This document shows positions 16,516 through 31,779 of a DNA stretch of 64,000 nt, piece by piece. Position 1 is the first letter of the stretch. Every line of letters begins with the position of its first letter. The DNA is from the human T2T-CHM13v2.0 reference genome, Homo sapiens. Location of the stretch: assembly GCF_009914755.1 (NCBI RefSeq), contig NC_060925.1. One strand, 5' to 3'. Below the pieces are notes generated by a model, which saw only the letters and a program-made list of their open reading frames with translations, was not told where the DNA came from and ran no database searches. The position numbers were made by a program, and so were the translations under genes.

Positions 16516-17296
16516 AAGATAAATCATCTCGGAGATCATCAAGCCTTTCCCTTCACTCGTAGGTGAACATCAAAGCTGAGAGAGGTAATGTGGCTTCAAA
16601 GCTGAGATTAGTGCTCCTGGTTCGCAATGAATTTCCATCATACTAAGCAACTCATAAAGAAAAGGTCATGAAAGATGAAACTCATTTCCTATTTTGCCAG
16701 AATCCCTAAACTGGTAGAAAGCTCTATAACCTGTAAAGTTCTATATAGATGTAAGTTGTTATTATTATCATTCAAAATATCAGGTTCTATTCTTGACCCT
16801 TTCCCACTCAAGAGCCTTATGAAACATCTGAAGAAGGGCATTGATTTTCCAATAATAAGCATGTGGGGCAGACAGCGAGTATATGTGGATGGATTAAAAA
16901 ATGAGGCAAATCTAACGTGATGAAATCTAACCAGACTGATGTTAAGTCAGGCACTTAATGCACAAGCCAATGGACTATTAGCAAAACCTTCGAGAGAGTA
17001 CTTTAAACTCTCTTGGAAGTTAATCTTAGTCAATAGTTACAGCATGGGTCTTCAGCTGTATTTATTATAAAAATAGTATCTATAGAATAAGTAAAGTAAT
17101 AGTCCTACTTCTCTGGCCAGCACCCATCCTGCTTCACTGTGGTGTTAGGTTCCACTCTACTCATTACTCTTTTAAAAAGGCCTCCCTCTGATGGACATCT
17201 CTGCTCTGAGGAGGAGCAGTTGAAAAGAGAACTTTTCACTTGAATAAGAGAAGTTTTCAAAGAGCTTTCACTGTTCCCTGAGGTGTACAAAGACTA

Positions 17297-17694
17297 TGTA
17301 TTCATCAGCTCAAGCTGCCTTAACCAAATAACACGGACTAGGTGGCTTAAACAGCAGAAATTTATTTTCTTACTGTTCTGGAGGCTGGAAGTACAAGATC
17401 AAGGTGCCAGCAGGTTTGATTTATCTGGAGGCCCCTCTCCTTGGCTTGCAGATGGTCACCTTCTTACTGTGTCCTCATATGGCTTTTCCTCAGTACACAT
17501 GCCCATGGCGTCTCTTCCTTGTATTATAAGGCCACCAGTCCTATCAGATTAGGGCCCCATTCTTGTGACTTTATTTATCCTTAATTAAAGGCCCTATCTC
17601 CAAAGTAGTCACATATCTAAGTCAGTCCTGAGGTCAGGACTTCAACATATGAATTGGGGCAAGGTAGGGGAGATATACAATTCAGTCCATAACA
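17297..17694 (-). mobile_element. MLT1A-type MaLR solo LTR
   Basis: tg...aaca termini; gttctggaggctggaagt, ggacttcaacatatgaatt; TSD gacta / gactc. Confidence 0.88.
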
Positions 17695-17807
17695 GACTCT
17701 TAGGTGGGAAAGAGTTTTAGTCTCACTCTCTGATGCTCCAGAGACCAAAACAAGGACCATTAAACAGCCAATTCAGGGAAATGTATATTCAATATATGGA
17801 ATATATT

Positions 17808-19259
<1,452 letters not shown>

Positions 19260-19719
19260 AATATAAGGAAGATATTTCTAATAGTCAGCCTTCTACAATT
19301 TAGTTGGGCTTCCTTATGTGGAAATGCATTCTCTAGTATTTAGTATTTTAGAAGCCAAATGGCCACCTTTTAGCTCCATGGTACAGGACATTCTTGCCTA
19401 AGGTAAGAAGTCTAATGAAATGGAATCCTGGGTCCCCTGGGTCTATCAAATTTTATGATGCCTTAAGAAATAAAATTGTTTCAGATTTTTACCTGGTGAT
19501 GAAAGAAATAAGTATTGAACATGGCCCAATAATACTCTACATTCCCCAATTCCACACCCTGCAATTTTTAAATTTGATTTAGTGTTTCTGGGTATTTCAG
19601 AAGTCTTCTTACTCCCCCACAGAAATGCTCTACTTTTTCCATTGCCACATTTTTGTCAGCATTCTTCACTCATTAACTTATCCTAATCCTAGCGCGGCTC
19701 AGCTGGTCCCTGAAAACTG

Positions 19720-19902
19720 CAAGCCAGGCTAATATTTCCTTCTCTGACCCATCCACTGTCCCTCCAATACTGCTAGTGCTACAAGCCAGGCTAATATTTC
19801 CTTCTCTGACCCATTCACTGCCCCTCCAATACTGCTAGTGCTACAAGCCAGGCTAATATTTCCTTCTCTGACCCATTCACTGCCCCTCCAATACTGCTAG
19901 TG
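19720..19902. repeat. 62-bp tandem repeat, about 2.95 copies (minisatellite/VNTR)
   Basis: Units start at 19720, 19782 and 19844 (caagccaggctaatatttcc...tactgctagtg). Confidence 0.97.
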
Positions 19903-21213
19903 TAGCAATTCTAACAAAGGTGAGCGCAGCTGGGGAGGTAGTCAGGGCTTGGAAAGGGAAGGCAGGGAACCAGGAGCTCTAAACATTGTTGACTCTACCA
20001 AATGTAATTGAGATGAAGTTCTATGTTTTTCCTGAGCCCCAAGCCTTCCGCCAGATACCTAGTGCTGCCATAGGTTGATGAGGGAGGCAAAAAAAGGCCA
20101 GGGGTCATCAAAATTGTGGTCATTATTAAAGGCTCTGAACCTCACTGTGATCTGATGAGTTCAGCTAGACCAAGGGTTACTATTAAAAGCACCTTGCCTA
20201 GATAGAGACAGATTTGGACAACATATACTAAAACAAATGAGTGGTCTGACTTCACACTCAGGAGGTACTTGTTGAACACTGATTGTATGCCATAAGGGAT
20301 TCTAAGTAATGAATTTATACAGAGAATAAGAGAGATACTGTCTCTACTCTCAGACTTACAATCTAGTGGGGAAAAGAAGAGAGACAGAAAAAATAACTAG
20401 ATTATCATCAGATAGTAAAAAGATGCAATGAAGAGAGGTAAAATAAGGTGATGTGATAGAAACCAGATGGTTAATTTATATGGAGGAATCTCTCTAAGTT
20501 ATTGACATTTAGACTAAGAGAGGAAAGGAAGATGGAGCCTGTCATGATAAGATTGGGGGGAAATTGTTCCAAGCAGAGGGAACAAGCTAGTGCAAATGCC
20601 ACAAAGCGGGAACAAGTTTGGCAAGTTTGAGAACCAGAAATCGGACCAGGATAGTGAGAGCACAGGGGAAAGGGGAGAGTGGCATGAGATACACTCAGAA
20701 AGGTAAAAACAGTCCAAATCACATGAAATTTTGGAAACCAGGATAAAATGTGAAATGTTTTTCTCATGTTATGGGAAGATGTAGGAACATTTTTAAAAGA
20801 GGGTTTGACATGAATCAAATTTGAGATTTACAAATCTAATTATGGTACAACCATGCTGTTGCAAATGATAGGATTTCCTTCTTTTTAAAGGCAGAATAGT
20901 ATTCCATTGTGCCACATGGATAAACTGGAGGACATTAGGTTTAGTGAAATTAGCCAGGCACAGGAAGACAAATATTGCATGATCTCACTTATAGGTAGAA
21001 TCTAAAAAAAAAAAAAAAAAAAAAAAAAAGTACAAACTCACTGAAGAGTAGAATAGTGGTTACCAAGGACTGGGGTGGGGAGTGGAGATGGAGAGACAGA
21101 AAATAGAGAGATAGTGATCAGAAGGCACAACATTTCAACTAGACAGGAAGAATAAGTTCTGGAGATCTATTATACAGCTCGATGGCTATAGCTAGTAATC
21201 TATTCAATACTTG

Positions 21214-21560
<347 letters not shown>

Positions 21561-21667
21561 TCATAATTAAAAAAATGATAAAGCTATGAGGTGATGGATA
21601 TGTTAATTAGCTTGATATTCTACCATGTATACGTATATCAAAACATTACATTGTGCACCATAACATA

Positions 21668-21979
21668 CAGTTCTCTCTTGGTAGCCACAGGAGATTGGAT
21701 CCAGGACCCACTCAGATACCAAAGTCCACAGATGCTCAAGTACTATGTATAAAATAAGGCAGTATTTGCATATAAACCTACACGCATCCTCTCATATATG
21801 TTAAATCATCTCTAGATTATTTATAATATCTAATATAATGTAAATTCTATGTAAATAGTTGCTAAACTACATTGTATGATTTTTGTTGCTATATCTTTTA
21901 TTTTTATTTTTCAAATATTTTTGATTCACAGTAGGTTGAATCCACAGATGTGGAACTCACAAATATGGAAGACCAACTG
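21668..21979 (+). mobile_element. MER2/MER2B TcMar-Tigger MITE
   Basis: ta|cagtt...caactg termini; ccaggaccc...gatgctcaagt, aaatcatctctagatta. Confidence 0.85.
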
Positions 21980-23519
21980 AAGGCAATTTTTTATTTGTTA
22001 ATTTTTAAAAATCTAATTCTGGCTACCAAGAAGACCAGTTACAATATCACTGCGGTCAGTACTCAGGCAAGAAATGAAAAAGGCTTGAACTTTGTGGAGA
22101 TGCTGCAGACTGGATAGGGAGTCTGTGAAACTTGCTTATTACTTGAATTTGAGAGGTGAGAGAAAGGAGTTAAGGATAACATGAACAACTAGGAGATGTG
22201 CTATTTGCTGAGATGATGAAAATGAGGAGAGATTTGAGAAACAAAACAAGAATTGTATTTGCACCACTTTCAGTTTGAAATACCGTTATTAGACATCCAT
22301 TTGGATGCATAAGCAATTAGATATAGCAGCCTGGAGTTCCAGAGAAAGGACAGGGCTACCACTAAAGATTAGCGTCATCAGCATATAGGTAAAATTTAAA
22401 TCTATGCAACTAGATAATGTCACCTAGAGAGTATGTAAATAGAGAATGAAAAGGCTTAGCCCTGGAATGTTCCAGCATTTAAAGGCAAGACAGAGAATGA
22501 GGAACAAATGAAGGAGGCTAAAAAGAAAAAGCTATTGAGGTAGGAGGGAAACCAGGAAAATGTGGTCCCATGGAAGACAGCAAAAGAAAGTCATTCAAAG
22601 AGGAGAGAGGATCAATTGTGTTAAATGTTGCTTAGACAACAAGTTAGAAAGAACACAAAGTGACCATTGAATTTCACTGGTGACTTTGACAAGGACCATT
22701 GCAATTGAGTGTGGTTGGGGCAGAATGCTGGTGAGTGTAGGCTGAAAGGAAGGGCATTTTTGAGGATATGGAGGAAGTAATCAGAATCAACTCCTTCAAG
22801 AAGTTTTTTGCAAAAGGAAGTAGATAAAGAGAACAGTAACTGGAGGGACATCTGGGGTCAAAGGATAGTTTTGTAAATAGGATATATGAAATAGAGATGA
22901 AAAAGCAGATCATTCAGGAAAGGGATGTACTCCTAAAATCACCTCACATTCCATATTTGGACCCCAGTCCTGAGTATAGTCCTCACAGCCTTAACATTCA
23001 TATAGACCCAAGAAAAAGAAAGCTTTCTCCCCAAGTCCTGGAACACATACTCTCTAGAAGTCAGACAATGATTTGTCATCTTATATTGTTGACATTCATT
23101 CACTTAAATACTCTTTGGGAGCTCAATAAATGCCAGTTACTGTGCAATGGGCTGGTGATACAGCTGTGAATAAGAGAAGCAGCAAATCTCTGAACATCCA
23201 ATGTATCTGTCAGTCTGTTGGGGAGTGGGAGCTGGAAATAAATTAGTATACAGATGTCTACTATAATTCAGATAAACTATAGGAACAAGGACCAGGTGTT
23301 TTAAGAGTGTAACATAGTTGAAAAAACTAAATGTGGGGGTTAGAAAAAGATTGACAAATATGAGATATGGTTGTATGGTACTGGACAGCTTACAAAGGAC
23401 TTTCTTATTTATATAAGTATTAAACTTAAGAAAAAAAACAGAGAGATGAATAACATATCCCAACTTTGCAAATAGAAAAACTAAGTTCCAAAGAGATTAA
23501 ATAAAAAACTAAATGTCTC

Positions 23520-23953
23520 TGATATGATTTGGATATTTGTCCCCCCTAAACATCATGTTGAAATGTAATTGCCAGTGTTGAATGTGGGGCCTGGTGGGAG
23601 GTGATTGGATCATGGAGGCAGATCCCTCACGAATAGTTTAACACTATCTCCTGGAAGATAAGTGAGATTTTGTTCAGTTTGTTCACAAGAGATCTGCTTG
23701 TTTAAAAGAGTATGGGACTCTGGGAAAGTCTTCATTTTCTCCTGCTCCCTCTCTTGCCGTGTGATGTGCATGTCCCACCTTTGCCCTCTGCCTTGAGTAA
23801 CAGTTCTCTGAGGCCTCATCAAAAGCCAAGCAGATGCCAAAGCCATGCTTCCTGTACAGCCTGCAGGACTGTGAGCCAATTAAACCTCTCTTCTTTCCAA
23901 ATTATTCAGCCTCAGGTGTTCCCTTATAGTGACACAAAAACCAGACTAACACA
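23520..23953 (+). mobile_element. MSTB-type MaLR solo LTR
   Basis: tgatatg...ctaacaca termini; cttcctgtacagcctgcag; perfect TSD gtctc (23515-23519 / 23954-23958). Confidence 0.92.
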
Positions 23954-24064
23954 GTCTCCAAGATATTGAATATATATTTCCCTCTGTCTATTGACTGGCT
24001 CTCTCAGCCAGGACTCTAGATGACAGAAACAGAAGCCCAACTCCAAACTGATGCACATAACTGA

Positions 24065-24258
24065 AATGATCATGCATTTTTCCCTTCCTCTATAGTAATG
24101 CAATTTAACTGGGCACAAGGCCTAGCTAGACTTCATTATTCAGGCTACCTACTTACAGCTAGGTGTTGCCGAATAACTAAAGTCTTATAATCCAATATTA
24201 GTGGAGGTAAGGTGGGAGACTTCTGAGTCTTTCCCTCAAAAGCTTGACCCTGGAAAAC
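24065..24258 (+). mobile_element. LTR16-like ERVL LTR, left half (right half at about 31550-31778)
   Basis: ttcccttcctctatagtaa...cagctaggtgt...gacttctg; continuation gcagccaccttggacc...gaagatggcagagc. Confidence 0.55.
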
Positions 24259-26885
24259 TAGTGCTTCTGACCATGAAGGATTAAATGCTACAGAAATTGC
24301 CATCTCACCATAAACAACCAGAAAAACATACAAAATATATTTTTTAAAACTTTTACAAAACACTGGGCAACAGATGCATTAGGACTGTGATCCCTGAGAG
24401 TAGGGGAATAAGCGAAGACAAAACAGTGATAACTCTTGCTTACTGTCCAGAGTCAGTTTCCATGATACAGTATAGGAAGGAGCAGGCAAAGCAGAGCCTG
24501 GTGGTCTTGCTGAGTTGAGGAGACACAGCAGAGATTGGGAAAGCTGAGGAAGCCAGCTTCTGTAGGGCAGAGTACCAGAAAGGAGGAAGCCACACTCAAA
24601 GAGAGTTCTAGAGATCTACAAAGGGGTCCTTTTAAGTCTTTGGTTGAGTACTAATCTGTGAATCCTGGGGTGAGACTCCTCAAGGCCAGAGAAAGAACTT
24701 CCAGTAATCAGTAGGCAATGAAAATGCCCAGATCTCATACAGAGCTGGGAATAGTTCACATTCCCAAAAGCCAGAGTGGAGAGAAATTATGGGTAGAACC
24801 CTCAGAAAGTTCAGGCCTTCACCATCAGCTTAAATTAGTTTTAGAGTAAATGTTTCTCTGGACTTCCACTGATAAAGCTTAATATAATCCTCAAAATGTT
24901 TAAACTGATCCTCAATAACTTAAATTTGTATCAGAAAAAGTCCAAAACTCTTTGAAGGAAAGCAAAATTTAACATTCAAAAGTGTAGTATACCCAATATC
25001 CAGAATCCAGTCAAAAATTACCAGGCATGTGAGTATAACTCATAACCATGAGAAAAATCAATGAGTGGGAAAAAAACCCAGAAATGAAGATATTATGGGA
25101 TTAAGAAAAGAACTTTAAAATTGCTATTATAAATTTTATAAATATGCTGGGATATTTAGAGGAAAAAATACATATAAAATGAGAAATAGAAGATATTTTC
25201 AAAAACTCAAATGGAACTTCTACAAATAAAAGTAAAGTATAAAATAGAAAGTAAATTGGACAAAATTAACAAGTTAATTTTGCTAATTTTGTTAATGTGC
25301 TAATTAGCAAAATTAGCAAACTCAACAACAAAATAAAATTAGTTAACTTGAAGATATACCAATCAAAACTATATCTCAAATAAAGCACAGAGAGATAAAA
25401 ATACTGAAAAAAGTAACAGAGCTTAGTGAACTGCGAGACTACAGTTAAACAGTCCAGCAATCCAGACTTACCAAAAATGAGGGGAGTAGGACAGGGCAAA
25501 AAAAAGAAAAAAGAAAAGTCTATTTTTTTCTAAATTTGTTGAAAAATCCACAGATCAGGAAGTTTAATGAACACCAAGAAATGTGAAAAAAAAAAACTAT
25601 ACCAAAGAGCATAATCATCAAATTGCTTAAAACCAGTGTGAAAGAGAAAATCTTTAAATTGACCATAGCAAGAGAAAAGGCACTATGAAAATAGAAACAA
25701 AGATAAGAATGACAGCAGACTTCTCAACAGAAAAAATGCAAGCTATTGAACAGTGGAACAGTGTCTTTAACATACTGGAAGAAATAATGTCACTGTACCC
25801 AGTGAAAATATCTTCCAAAAAATAAAAATAAAATAAATATTTTTCAGGCATATAATAGCATAAAAAAATTATCAACAGCATAAGGACTAGAGAAATAGTA
25901 CAGAAGGCCCTTCAGGCAGAAGAAAAATAACAGAAATAAATCTCGATCTATATAAAGAGCCCCATAAATGGTAAATACAGATGAACATTAAAAAATTCTT
26001 ATTTTTAAAGTCACTTTAAAAGATAATTGACTGTTTAAAGTACAAACAATAATGATACATTTCTGGTTTATATCGCACATAGAAGTAAACTATATGACAA
26101 TTGCAGCTCAAAGGTAAGTAGTTCTTACATTAATATGAAGTAACATATTACTTAAAGGCAGCCTATGATAGGTAAATGTGTGCACCCTTAAGACAATCAG
26201 TAAAACAAAACATAGATATATGGCTAATAAGTCAAGTCTGGAATGAAAATAGAATCATAAAAATTATTTGATCTAAAAACAGGCACAAAAAATGAGAGGA
26301 ACAAAGAACATATGAAACATACAAAGAGAAACAGAAAAATGGGAGATTTAAATCTTGTCTTAATGAATTGACCCTGTCAACCACGTTGACAATTATATTA
26401 CATTAAATGACCTGAACACTCCAATTAAAAGGCAGAGATTGTCATCTTAAATAAAAAAACCAAGACGCAATGATATGCTGCCTAAAACAAATCCACTTTA
26501 ATTATAAAGACACAGATAGGTTAGAAACTAAAAGATGGAAAAAGGATAGACTGTGGAAACTCTAATCAAATGAAACGTTGGGTGGCTATATTAATATCAG
26601 ATAAAGAATACCTGGGGGCAAAGAATATTCCAAATATGTCCTCCAAAATGTGACAATCCATAGTGATAAAAGGGTCAATTCAATTGAACATGCATGCACC
26701 TATTGGTTGCACTTCAAAATAAACTAAGTAAAACCTGATATAACTGAAAGAAAAAACAGACAAATTAATAATTATAGTTGGATATTTCAACACACTAAGC
26801 TGAGTAATTGCAAGAACAAATAAATCACAAAAAGGGCAGTGTAACTTGAACTTGACTATCAAAAATTTGACTTAATTGACATTTA

Positions 26886-27159
26886 TTTTTTTTCTTTTTT
26901 TTATTATACTTTAAGTTTTAAGGTACATGTGCACAATGTGCAGGTTTGTTATATATGTATACATGTGCCATGTTGGTGTGCTGTACCCATCAACTCATCA
27001 TTTAGCATTAGGTATATCTCCTAATACTATCCCTCCCTCCTCCCTGCAACCCACAACAGGCCCCAGTGTGTGATGTTCCCCTTCCTGTGTCTATGTGTTC
27101 TCATTGTTCAATTCCCACCTATGAGTGAGAACATGCGGTGTTTGGTTTTTTGTCCTTGC
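26886..27159 (-). mobile_element. Young L1PA (about PA4-6) 3' end
   Basis: ttattatactttaagtttta-ggtacatgtgcacaa...tttagcattaggtatatctcctaat. Confidence 0.9.
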
Positions 27160-27521
27160 AAACATTCCTCTTGACAGTGACATACACATTCCTTTCAAGT
27201 GAACAAATGATATTCATAAATATAGACCATATTTTAGGCCATAAAATAAACAATAATAAATTTAAAAGTGTAGGAATCTCTGACCATACTGAAGTTAGAC
27301 TAAAAATCAGTAACAGAAAGATATCTGTAAAACCTTAACTACTTGGAAATTAAATATCACATTTAAATAACATATGAGTCAAAGAAGAAATCACAGGGAT
27401 ATTGAAATTTATTTTGAACTTAATGAAATTTAAAACATAACATATTAAAATATATGAAATGCAGATAAAGTAGTGCATAGAAGAAAATCATATTTAAAAC
27501 GCTTATATTAAAAAAGAAGAG

Positions 27522-27858
<337 letters not shown>

Positions 27859-28340
27859 CTACCTTAAGATACTAGGAAAAGAACAAAAAAGATAAGGACC
27901 AAAATCAATTAAAAAGAAAACAGGAGAAAAAGGAAAAATCAATAAAACCAAAATTTGTTCAGTCTAAAGATCAACACAATTGATAAACCCTGACAATAAT
28001 AATCAAGAAAACAGTAAATACATAAATTACCAATATCAAGAAAGAATGACAAGACATTACTACAGACACTAGAGATGTTAAAAGCACAATAAGAGAGTAT
28101 TATGAAAAACTTTATGCCTATATATCAACAATTTAGATAAAATGGACAAATTTTTTGAAAGATGCTTACTACAAAAGCTCCCTCAAAAGAAAATATGCGT
28201 TCTGAAAATTCTTATATCTATTTTTAAATTTAGATTTGCACTTTAAAACCTCACTACAAAGAGAATTCCAGACCCAGATGGCTTCATTGCTGAATTCTAC
28301 TAAACACTTCAATGAATAAATAATACCAATCTTAAGAAAC

Positions 28341-28605
28341 AATATTGTTAAAATGGCCATACTGCCCAAAGCAATTTATAGATTCGATGCTATTCCTGTC
28401 GAACTATCAATGACATTCTTCACAGAATTAGAAAAAAAACCTATTTTACAATTCACATGGAACCAAAAAAGAGCCTAAATAGTCAAAGCAATCCTAAGCA
28501 AAAAGAATAGAATTGGACCATCACGTTACCCAAATTCAAACTATACAACAGGGCTAGAGTAACTAATACAGCATGGTATAAGTACAAAAACAGACACATA
28601 GACCA
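28341..28605 (+). mobile_element. Internal L1P ORF2 fragment with no 3' end
   Basis: aaaatggccatactgcccaaagcaattta...ttcttcacagaattagaaaaa...aacagacacatagacca, closer to L1P than the surrounding L1M. Confidence 0.75.
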
Positions 28606-28690
28606 GATTATGGATATCCAGATTATCCACATAGAAAATCCCAAAGAATTTACAAAAACCTAACAGAACTAATAAACAAGTTTAGCAAGG

Positions 28691-29112
28691 TGCCCTAGTC
28701 TGTTTGCTTTGCTATAAAAGAATACCTGAAGCTGGGTAACTTATTTTAAAAAGAGGTTTATTTGGCTCATGGTTCTGCGGGCTGTACAAGAAGCATGGCT
28801 CCAACATCTGCTTCTCATGAGGGCTTCAGGAAGGTTCCACTCATGGTAGAAGGCCAAGGGGAGCAGGCATCACATGGCAAGACAGGAAGAAAGAGAGGGA
28901 AGGAGTTGCCAGCCTCTTTTCACCAATCAGGTCTCATGGGAACTAAAAAGCAAAAACTCACACTCACTCTTGAGAGAATGGCACAAACTCATTCATGAGG
29001 GATTCACTTGCAAAATCCAAACATGTCCCACCAAGCCCCACCTCCAACAATAAGGGTCAAATTTCAACATAAGACTTGGTGGGGTCAAAGAAACCATATC
29101 CAAACTATAGGA
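28691..29112 (-). mobile_element. MSTB-type MaLR solo LTR
   Basis: ggctgtacaagaagcatggc, ccccacctccaaca, tatccaaactata; perfect TSD caagg (28686-28690 / 29113-29117). Confidence 0.9.
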
Positions 29113-29699
29113 CAAGGAAAATGTGCAAAAAAAAAAAAAAAAATACTTCTATATGCCAATAATGAATGGTGGAAATTGTAGTTTTTAAAATACCATTTAA
29201 ATAGCACCATAAAATCTAAAATATGTGTATATATAAATATCACAAAATATGTGCAAAATTTGCATGCCAAAAGCTACACAACACTGGTAAAAAAAAAAAT
29301 GAAGACCTAAGTAAATGGAGATATGTATCATGTGTATTAATTAGAAGACTCAATATTATTAAGATGTTAGTCCTCTCAAATTGTTTTATAAATTAAACAC
29401 AGTTCTAACCGCAATCCCAGCATAATATTTATAGAAATTCAGAAGCTGTTTTCAAAATTTACATGGAAAAATGAAGCAGATAGAATAGCCAATGCAGTAT
29501 TGAAAAGGAAAATGAAGTTGCAGTACTCACGCTACCTGATTTCAAGACTTACTATAAAGCTACTTTAATAAAGAATTGTGGTATGTAAATGGCATGTAGG
29601 CCAATGAAACACAGTAGAATCCAGAAACAGATCTTCCATATATGGCCAATTTAGTTTCAATGAAAGTGCCAAATAACTCCAGTGGACAGGGTAGTCTTT

Positions 29700-29700
<1 letters not shown>

Positions 29701-29746
<46 letters not shown>

Positions 29747-29757
29747 TAATAATAATA
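29701..29757. repeat. (TAA)n microsatellite with one interruption
   Basis: Direct reading. Confidence 0.96.
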
Positions 29758-30384
29758 AAGTGGTACTGGAATAACTAAAAACCCATTTGATCCATTTTGA
29801 GTTCATTTTTATATATGATGTGAAGTATGAATGGAGCTTATTTTTTGTATATGGTAGAAGATTTGAAGACCAAAAACATATGGATGTAAAATAAGCACAT
29901 AAAAAAGATGCTGAATATATTTAGTTTTAGGGACATGAAAGTTAAAACCACCATGAGATATGACATACCTATAAATTATTATAATAATATTTAAAAACTA
30001 AAAATACCAAGTGTTGACAAATATATGGAAGAGCAATCTGAACTTCTATATATCAATGATGGGTATGCAAAGTTGCACAGCTAATTTGGAAAACAATAAG
30101 GCAGTATCTTACAAAGTTAAACATACACTTAACTATGGCCAAGCAATTTTATTCCTAGGTACATATTTATCCAAGGGAAATGAAAGCATATATCCACACA
30201 AAGACTTGTACTCAAATGTTCATAGAAGCTTTATTCATAATAGTCAGAAAATGGAAAAGACCCCAATGAATATTAACTGGTGAATGGAAAAACAACTTAT
30301 GGCATATACATAAAGTGGAATATTTCTCAGCAATTAAAAGGGACAAACAATGACTGACACATGCAACAGTGTGGCTGAATTTCT

Positions 30385-30786
30385 CTTTTTTTAACTTTTA
30401 TTTTAGGTTCAGGGGTGCATGTGCCGGTTTGTTATATAGGTAAACTTGTGTCATGGGGGTTTGTTGTACAGATTATTTCATCACCCAGCTACTAAGCCTA
30501 GTACCCAATAGCTATTTTTTCTGATCCTCTCCCTCTTCCCACTCTTCACCCTCAAGTAGGTCTCAGTGACTGTCGTTCCCTTCTTTGTTTCCATGTGTTC
30601 TCATCAGTTACCTCCCACTTATAAGTGAGAACATACAGTATTTGCTTTTCTGTTCTGCTTGAGTTTGCTAAGGATATGGCCTCCAGCTCCATCCACATTC
30701 CTGCAAAGGACAAGATCTCATTCTTTTTTATGGCTGCATAGTATTCCATGGTGTATATGTAGCACATTTTCTTTATCCAGTCTGTC
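30385..30786 (-). mobile_element. L1PA13-16-type 3' end
   Basis: ggtaaacttgtgtcatgggggtttgttgtacagattatttcatcaccc; antisense ORF DWIKKMCYIYTMEYYAAIK; TSD tggctgaat (30372-30380 / 30787-30795). Confidence 0.9.
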
Positions 30787-30911
30787 TGGCTGAATCTCAA
30801 AGGCATTTTGCTAAGTCAAAGAAACCAGACAAAAATAATGTGTATTACGTGATTCTGTTTATATGTAATTCTGGGAAATGCACAACTATAGTTCTAGAAA
30901 ATAGGCTGGTG

Positions 30912-31346
30912 ACTATTTACATTAGCATAGTCATGGGGCCAACGCAAATGCCCATCTATGATAGACTGGATAAAGAAAATGTGGTACATATCCACCATGG
31001 AATACTGTGCAGCCATAAAAAGAATGAGATCATGTCCTTTACAGGGACATGGATGAAGCTGGAAGCCATTATCCTCAGCAAACTAACACAGGAACAGAAA
31101 ACCAAACACCGCATGTTCTCACTCATAAGTGGGAGTTGAACATTGAGAACACATGGAGATGGAGAGGGGAATAACACACCCCAGGACCTGTTCAGGGGTC
31201 AGGGGTGAGGGTGAGGGGAGGGAACTTAGGGAACGGGTCAATAGGTGCAGCAAACCACTACGGCACATGTATACCTATGTAAAAAAACCTGCATATTCTG
31301 TATACATATCCCGGTTGGTTTTTTTTTGAAAAAAATTTTTAAAAAA
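30912..31346 (+). mobile_element. L1PA8A-like 3' end
   Basis: gagggaacttagggaacgggtcaataggtgcagcaaacc motif; TSD agaaaataggctggtg 30896-30911 / agaacataggctggtg 31347-31362. Confidence 0.88.
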
Positions 31347-31779
31347 AGAACATAGGCTGGTGTTTCGTGGGGATGGGGTTCGGGTAGGAAATTGACTGTA
31401 AAGAGTGGAAATGTCTTATTATCTTGATTGTAGTGAGTGTTACATGACATTACGCACTTGTCAAAAATCATAGCACTGTACACCTCAATAGGTTAATTTT
31501 ATTCGATGTAAATTATACCTCAATAAAGCTGATTAACAACGGTGAAAAAAACTTCCCTTGCTCCCTTTCTTTCTCCAACTAGGGAGAAGACAAGTTCTAG
31601 AGCAGCCACCTTGGACCTAGGAACAGAAACCATGAATTGAAGATGGCAGAGCTGTTTTATTGTCTCTGGACCACATATCTCTGGGCTATTACCTGAGAGT
31701 GAAATGTATTTTGTTTACTTCATTGCATATGTCAATTTCTTCATTATAGCAGCTTAGTCTGCAGACAAATTAATATGCC

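Noticed and set aside
19720-19902. Regularly spaced repeats as a possible CRISPR-like array
   Set aside because: Head-to-tail units with no unique spacers, in primate DNA; a minisatellite
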